DNA from: Oligoflexales bacterium | GTDB taxonomy: Bacteria > Bdellovibrionota_B > Oligoflexia > Oligoflexales > Bog-1112 | Length of the DNA stretch: 22,232 nt | Direction of reading: 5' to 3' | Assembly: GCA_045105515.1 (NCBI GenBank) | Contig: JBGCDR010000212.1 | Span: 1 to 22,232 of the forward strand | Shown here: positions 17,988 to 22,232 of the stretch, in pieces | How the letters are laid out: every line of letters starts with the position of its first letter | Numbering within the stretch: the stretch's first letter is position 1 | Program-made: the position numbers and the translations under genes | Notes under the pieces: generated by a model | Seen by the model: the letters and a program-made list of their open reading frames with translations, nothing else | Databases searched by the model: none | What the model was told of the DNA's origin: nothing

Positions 17988-18785
17988 ATGTGCCGCTTGT
18001 TCGCAATGAAATCAAAAGAAGTCAATGCCGTATTCCCTTACTTGGTGGAAGATAACAATGCGCTCATCCACCAAAGTGTCACAAATCCTCATGGCTGGGG
18101 TCTAGCTTTCTATCAGGAAAATAAAGCATTTATTTTGAAATCAGAAAAGACTGCTCATCAATGTTCACAGTTTCGTAGTGTATCTAGATCACTTATGGCA
18201 GATACAGTCCTTGCTCACATTCGCAAGGCAACTGTTGGTTTTCAAAAGATTGAAAATTCACATCCATTTAGATTTGGATTTTGGACCTTTGTGCATAATG
18301 GTAATATCAAAGGTTTTGACTCGATAAGGCCATTGATCATCCAGGAAATAGATCCACTCTTAAGAGATCAGATTCAAGGTGATACAGATAGTGAAGCAGT
18401 TTTTTTCTTAATTTTGAGTTTTCTGAATAGGAAGAGAGCTCTCTGCACCCCAAAGTTAAATTCAAAACATGTCATTGCAAGCATTGAAGAAGCATGTGCT
18501 AAGATTTGTGATATAGCTGGAGAGCTTTGTCCAGACGACCGTGCAGAAGCAACGGAAAATTTTTTGACATTCTTGCTTTCCAACGGCAATACCATTTGGG
18601 CACATCAGGGAGGCAAAAACCTTTACTATCGCTTGTCATATCATAATGGTCGCGATCTCAAGAATATTACTTTTAGCAGTGAGCCACTTAATGATCAAGA
18701 ATTGTGGACTCTTTTGAAGTTTCGTGAAATTGCTGTGGTAGACCATTGCTTAGGGTTTAAGTTATTTCCTTTTAGTGAATATTAA
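17988..18785 (+). CDS. Class II glutamine amidotransferase (YafJ/EgtC/Dug3-like Ntn hydrolase)
   Basis: N-terminal nucleophile MCRLF, HGWG, AHIRKAT, NSHPF, FVHNG, GDTDSE and SSEPL. Starts 8 nt after the EamA stop, with AGGTGA as RBS. Confidence 0.9.
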   Translation: MCRLFAMKSKEVNAVFPYLVEDNNALIHQSVTNPHGWGLAFYQENKAFILKSEKTAHQCSQFRSVSRSLMADTVLAHIRKATVGFQKIENSHPFRFGFWTFVHNGNIKGFDSIRPLIIQEIDPLLRDQIQGDTDSEAVFFLILSFLNRKRALCTPKLNSKHVIASIEEACAKICDIAGELCPDDRAEATENFLTFLLSNGNTIWAHQGGKNLYYRLSYHNGRDLKNITFSSEPLNDQELWTLLKFREIAVVDHCLGFKLFPFSEY

Positions 18786-18793
18786 CATCTAAC

Positions 18794-18821
18794 TACTGGT
18801 TACCACCAACCAAGTACTTTT
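18794..18821 (+). terminator. Weak candidate intrinsic terminator
   Basis: TACTGGTT-accacc-AACC(A)AGTA hairpin followed by CTTTT, just after the GATase stop. Confidence 0.3.
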
Positions 18822-19003
18822 CTTAAAATCAACATTTTTTAATGTGAAATCTGAGCATTCACTATATCTAACAATTATTGGTAGTTATGAAGATTGCAAA
18901 AACATAGTTATATTTTTTAAATATAATAGCCGATAATATTACTAAGTAGGGACTTATTACCACAAATATATGTTTTTGATTTCCAGATTTCTAGGAGTAA
19001 AAA

Positions 19004-20767
19004 ATTAGAAATTTATTGAAAATAATTGGAATTTTGACTGTTTTTATTCAGCTTCTAGGGTGCAGTGGAAAATCTGTTAAAACTAATGAAGGATCTGGGC
19101 ATGTAGCTCATAAAAAAAGTCAGAATTCCCCTGGCGATGAGACTGAAGGTGATAATGATATTATACAGATTATTTCTCAGTCGAATATAGGCGCGACCAA
19201 TGCACAACTAGATGCAATAAGTCAAAGGTTATCTGAAAGTCTTAAGAGAAGTACTCTAGAAATTTTAAGTACTGAAGAGTTTGCAGCAATAGTTCAAGCA
19301 GTAGTAGACTCAGTATTATCCGAGCTTTCTCAAGAAAAGCGAGTTGAAACAGCAAAAATTTTAGTTGATTCATTATGGGATAAATTAGGGGTGGGAGACT
19401 CCATAGAAAATCCTGAATTGAGCGAAAACAATGACGAATCAGATACTACTTCACCCTCAATTCAGTCTATACCTAGTGAGCAGATGGTGTATTTAGATTA
19501 TGTTGAGGAATTCTTAGACAATCAAAAAGTCGCTTATCCACTGGATAACCGCATCAAAACAATTAATACCTATGATGTATCCAATTCAGGTCAAAAGATA
19601 TTTGATAAGGTAAGCGACGTTTATGATAATGCTTTAGCATCAATTTTTTTTACAGTAATCGGCAAACCGCGAAAAGCAGCAGACATTCTTAATTCTTGGC
19701 TTCGAATTTATCATAACAATGATTATAAACCACTGATAGCCAGGTTTAATAGTGAGACTCTCAATGGAGCTGTGGAAGCAGATTACTTCGATACTGGTAA
19801 CAATGCATGGATGGGTATAGCATTTTGTCGTTATTTCATTCAATACGCTGATGATAACAATAAAGACAAAATGATAGTCTATTACAATGCAGCCAATGAA
19901 ATCATGAAGCAGCTGCACTCTCATCAATGTGTACAAGGATTATACCGGGGTTATATGGGGCGTCCAACTAACTCGGGAACTCAAGCAGGTATGTGGCAAT
20001 CGACCGAGCACAATATCGATATGTACGCGCTTGGAGCCTGCTTAGTCGGAGCAGCAAAAGTAAATGGTACGGACAATGTGTTTGCTGCTCAGGTTCGAGA
20101 TATCGCAGGCACATTCGTGAATCAAATGTTTGATGAGGCAAAAGGGATCTATCAGATTGGAACTAATAATGTATGCAGTGATAGCACTACTATCAATCTG
20201 GGAGCTACCCCTGCTGACGCCCAATCTTGGCGCTTGCTGTCAAGAGCAGAGATGGGTGGGTCAGAAGAGAGATCGAAAAGCTCTCAAGAAGCTCTGCGAT
20301 CAGAACCTTTTTTCGAAAGGGATGCTGATTTTTCTGATCTAATTGGTCAAGACATTTTTGGGGTGCGATTTACTGATTTTGGCCGGGGGGTTCAAATGGA
20401 GAACACTGGATCTGCTCTCCTTTCATTAAATGATTTCTATGGTGAGCAGCCAGCAGATTCGGTGACTGATTTAAGAAATAGTATTAAATACCTCTTTGAT
20501 TTTTACAAAGGCGGCGGCATACCTGCAAGTTCTCAATCTGACCCAAATCCGCAGGCTCGTGGTGGATTTAATACCGGTTTATCATGGAGCTATTTTGACT
20601 GGCCACATGTGGCATCCACGGTATGGTCCGGACTAGCTTTAGCCTATCAATTTGAAGAAAACGGTGGAATTCTAATTGGGATGAATCCCTTTTATCCAGG
20701 AAGTTCTATGGTTCCGGTACTAGAAGATATTCCAACACCTCCATCGGCGGCTGAATTATCTGATTAA
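19004..20767 (+). CDS. Lipoprotein with probable six-hairpin glycosidase-like C-terminal domain
   Basis: Lipobox LLGC, then an acidic/low-complexity linker, then a domain with YDNALA, DTGNNAW, STEHNIDMYA, ENTG and PHVASTVW motifs. The fold is inferred. Start is ATT 19004 (6 nt after AGGAG) or TTG 19016. Confidence 0.65.
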   Translation: MRNLLKIIGILTVFIQLLGCSGKSVKTNEGSGHVAHKKSQNSPGDETEGDNDIIQIISQSNIGATNAQLDAISQRLSESLKRSTLEILSTEEFAAIVQAVVDSVLSELSQEKRVETAKILVDSLWDKLGVGDSIENPELSENNDESDTTSPSIQSIPSEQMVYLDYVEEFLDNQKVAYPLDNRIKTINTYDVSNSGQKIFDKVSDVYDNALASIFFTVIGKPRKAADILNSWLRIYHNNDYKPLIARFNSETLNGAVEADYFDTGNNAWMGIAFCRYFIQYADDNNKDKMIVYYNAANEIMKQLHSHQCVQGLYRGYMGRPTNSGTQAGMWQSTEHNIDMYALGACLVGAAKVNGTDNVFAAQVRDIAGTFVNQMFDEAKGIYQIGTNNVCSDSTTINLGATPADAQSWRLLSRAEMGGSEERSKSSQEALRSEPFFERDADFSDLIGQDIFGVRFTDFGRGVQMENTGSALLSLNDFYGEQPADSVTDLRNSIKYLFDFYKGGGIPASSQSDPNPQARGGFNTGLSWSYFDWPHVASTVWSGLALAYQFEENGGILIGMNPFYPGSSMVPVLEDIPTPPSAAELSD

Positions 20768-21095
20768 AACTTAATGGGATAGTCCAAGGTGAGTGAATCA
20801 ATAATTCTACTAGCGACTTTCTACTTAATAGCCATGATTCAATTTTTCGGCGAATACATCTTTACTCGGCCAGTGCATAAAAGAATGCAGTTCCAATTCA
20901 TTGCTCATTAACTTATATGATTCTTCACCATTAAACTGAACTAAAATATCAACTTGTAGGCATCTGTACCCTTTGCAACCTTTTCTGCTAAAATTCTTGC
21001 TTCTTGACTGATATAATCTCAAAACTAAAAAATGCTTGAAAATTAGAAAATTGGGGCTACTATTCACTTGTTTTTATTCTGTTGTAGGGGTTTTT

Positions 21096-21872
21096 ATGTT
21101 CAAGAATTTGCTCATCAGTTTGTTTCTGCTTATTATAGCTCATTCCGCTTTTTCAAATTCTCAAGAGGAAATACAAAAACTGGAGGAATTTTTAGACCAA
21201 ACAGACATAAAATTCATGTCCGAAAGTGATGCAGAAGAATTTAATTTCTTGACCGTGGAAGTGGATGATAAATTTTCCATTAAAGCTGATCTTGGAGCAG
21301 TGGCTAAAGCATCCATAGCCCTCAGGAATGCAGTGAATAGGGATATTGGTAGAAAAAAGGAAGCAAAAGATAATCATGATAATAAGTCCTACCAGCTAAA
21401 ATTGGCGCAGTTAAGCTATAGTGCAAATGCCGTAAAATTACTGAGATTAATCGTTAAAAAAGAGTTTATTCCTTACAGTGAAGATATCATAAAAAGATAC
21501 CCAGACATCATGGAAGAACTTTTATCAATTATGGAAAGCTATGGAATAGATGGATTGTCTTATGTGATTGCTAATGCTTGTAAATCAGATTATTTCTGCC
21601 CTTCTTCTGCTAAATTTGCCGAACTGCTTCTTCATAGTAATCCTGATAGCCTCATTATTAAATCGCTCATGGAGTCCATTTGTTGGGCTTCTCTATCTAA
21701 ATCTTCTAAGAATGTGTCATTAGATGCTGAAGAACTTTTTAAAAATTTTGTAGTGACCAACTTCAAAGATTTATGTACTAGATTTTCTTTTTTTCAATTA
21801 GTTCTAAGTGCTTTTAGTGTTGAGTCACGTGTTGATACTTTGGTTAGAAGAGTTGTCAATAGATATAAGTAG
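21096..21872 (+). CDS. Hypothetical secreted protein (possibly the 5' part of an interrupted gene)
   Basis: ATG 21096 follows AGGGG. Signal peptide MFKNLLISLFLLIIAHSAFS. Helical-looking body with no family recognised. Confidence 0.7.
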   Translation: MFKNLLISLFLLIIAHSAFSNSQEEIQKLEEFLDQTDIKFMSESDAEEFNFLTVEVDDKFSIKADLGAVAKASIALRNAVNRDIGRKKEAKDNHDNKSYQLKLAQLSYSANAVKLLRLIVKKEFIPYSEDIIKRYPDIMEELLSIMESYGIDGLSYVIANACKSDYFCPSSAKFAELLLHSNPDSLIIKSLMESICWASLSKSSKNVSLDAEELFKNFVVTNFKDLCTRFSFFQLVLSAFSVESRVDTLVRRVVNRYK

Positions 21873-22154
21873 ATGGAGTGGGGTGAATCTGAAGATTTAA
21901 GTCTTACCAACGAAGAAATTAATTTTTTTAAATACATCAATGGGAAATTTAATAATTCAAATAGTTATAATAGTTTTACATCATATGATGGTATAACACC
22001 GAGATTTGGATTGACAGAAAGTCAAAGCGAAGCACTGATCAGTTCAGAGGCAGAGATTAATGGAGATATACCAAATGAATTGATTTTTTTAAATAGTGTC
22101 TGGTCGGAAACTAAATTCTTGCCTTTGCAACTCAGTTTTTTTTATCGCGGTTGA
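21873..22154 (+). CDS. Hypothetical 93-aa ORF, in frame with and abutting the upstream gene (possible 3' fragment)
   Basis: TAG (21870-21872) is immediately followed by ATG (21873) in the same frame, with no RBS-like sequence upstream. Confidence 0.45.
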   Translation: MEWGESEDLSLTNEEINFFKYINGKFNNSNSYNSFTSYDGITPRFGLTESQSEALISSEAEINGDIPNELIFLNSVWSETKFLPLQLSFFYRG

Positions 22155-22232
22155 AATTAATTTTAAAAACTCTTCTTATTTTCCAGTGATAAGTGAAAAA
22201 TACCATATTTTCGGCAATTAAATATCTTCGTG

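Noticed and set aside
17988..18785. Calling the GATase egtC (ergothioneine synthesis)
   Set aside because: No egtA/egtB/egtD nearby, and the motifs support only the broad class II GATase family.
672..20342. Numerous 60-98 aa ORFs antisense to or nested in real genes (e.g. 672-914, 9597-9821, 11753-12031, 19640-19936, 20130-20342)
   Set aside because: Shadow ORFs of well-supported CDSs, with no motifs or RBS.
20825..21067. 80-aa minus-strand ORF between the lipoprotein and the secreted protein
   Set aside because: No recognisable motif or RBS, and it runs into the upstream region of the next gene. It could be a remnant but cannot be supported.
1..22232. TAG reassignment (alternative genetic code) suggested by two TAG-ATG junctions
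   Set aside because: TAG ends several conserved genes at their expected C-termini (4829, 8780, 11732, 16715, 17979), so the code is standard.

Overview
AT-rich bacterial chromosomal window, standard genetic code. No rRNA, tRNA, CRISPR array or mobile element was recognised. From left to right it carries: a small chemotaxis unit (cheW plus a stand-alone CheA-P1-like Hpt protein, with sigma28-like promoters); a 914-aa orphan secreted protein; a DUF4336-like protein; a two-gene glycine-methylation route to glycine betaine (GSMT + SDMT) with two identical palindromic sites upstream; Sua5/TsaC; a GreA/B-like protein; a CBS protein; a tightly coupled 7-gene kynurenine (tryptophan catabolism) operon (SDR, aminomuconate-semialdehyde dehydrogenase, nbaC, nbaD, kynB, kynU, kmo); an EamA/DMT transporter plus a class II glutamine amidotransferase; a lipoprotein with a probable glycosidase-like domain; and a secreted protein split by an in-frame TAG. 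The most striking unannotated signal is a 31-codon ORF (16845-16940) ending in four consecutive Cys codons. It lies between a sigma70-like promoter and the EamA + class II GATase pair, and is a candidate cysteine-sensing leader peptide for a thiol/gamma-glutamyl-peptide handling module. Family calls rest on motif recognition by eye; no database search was run.
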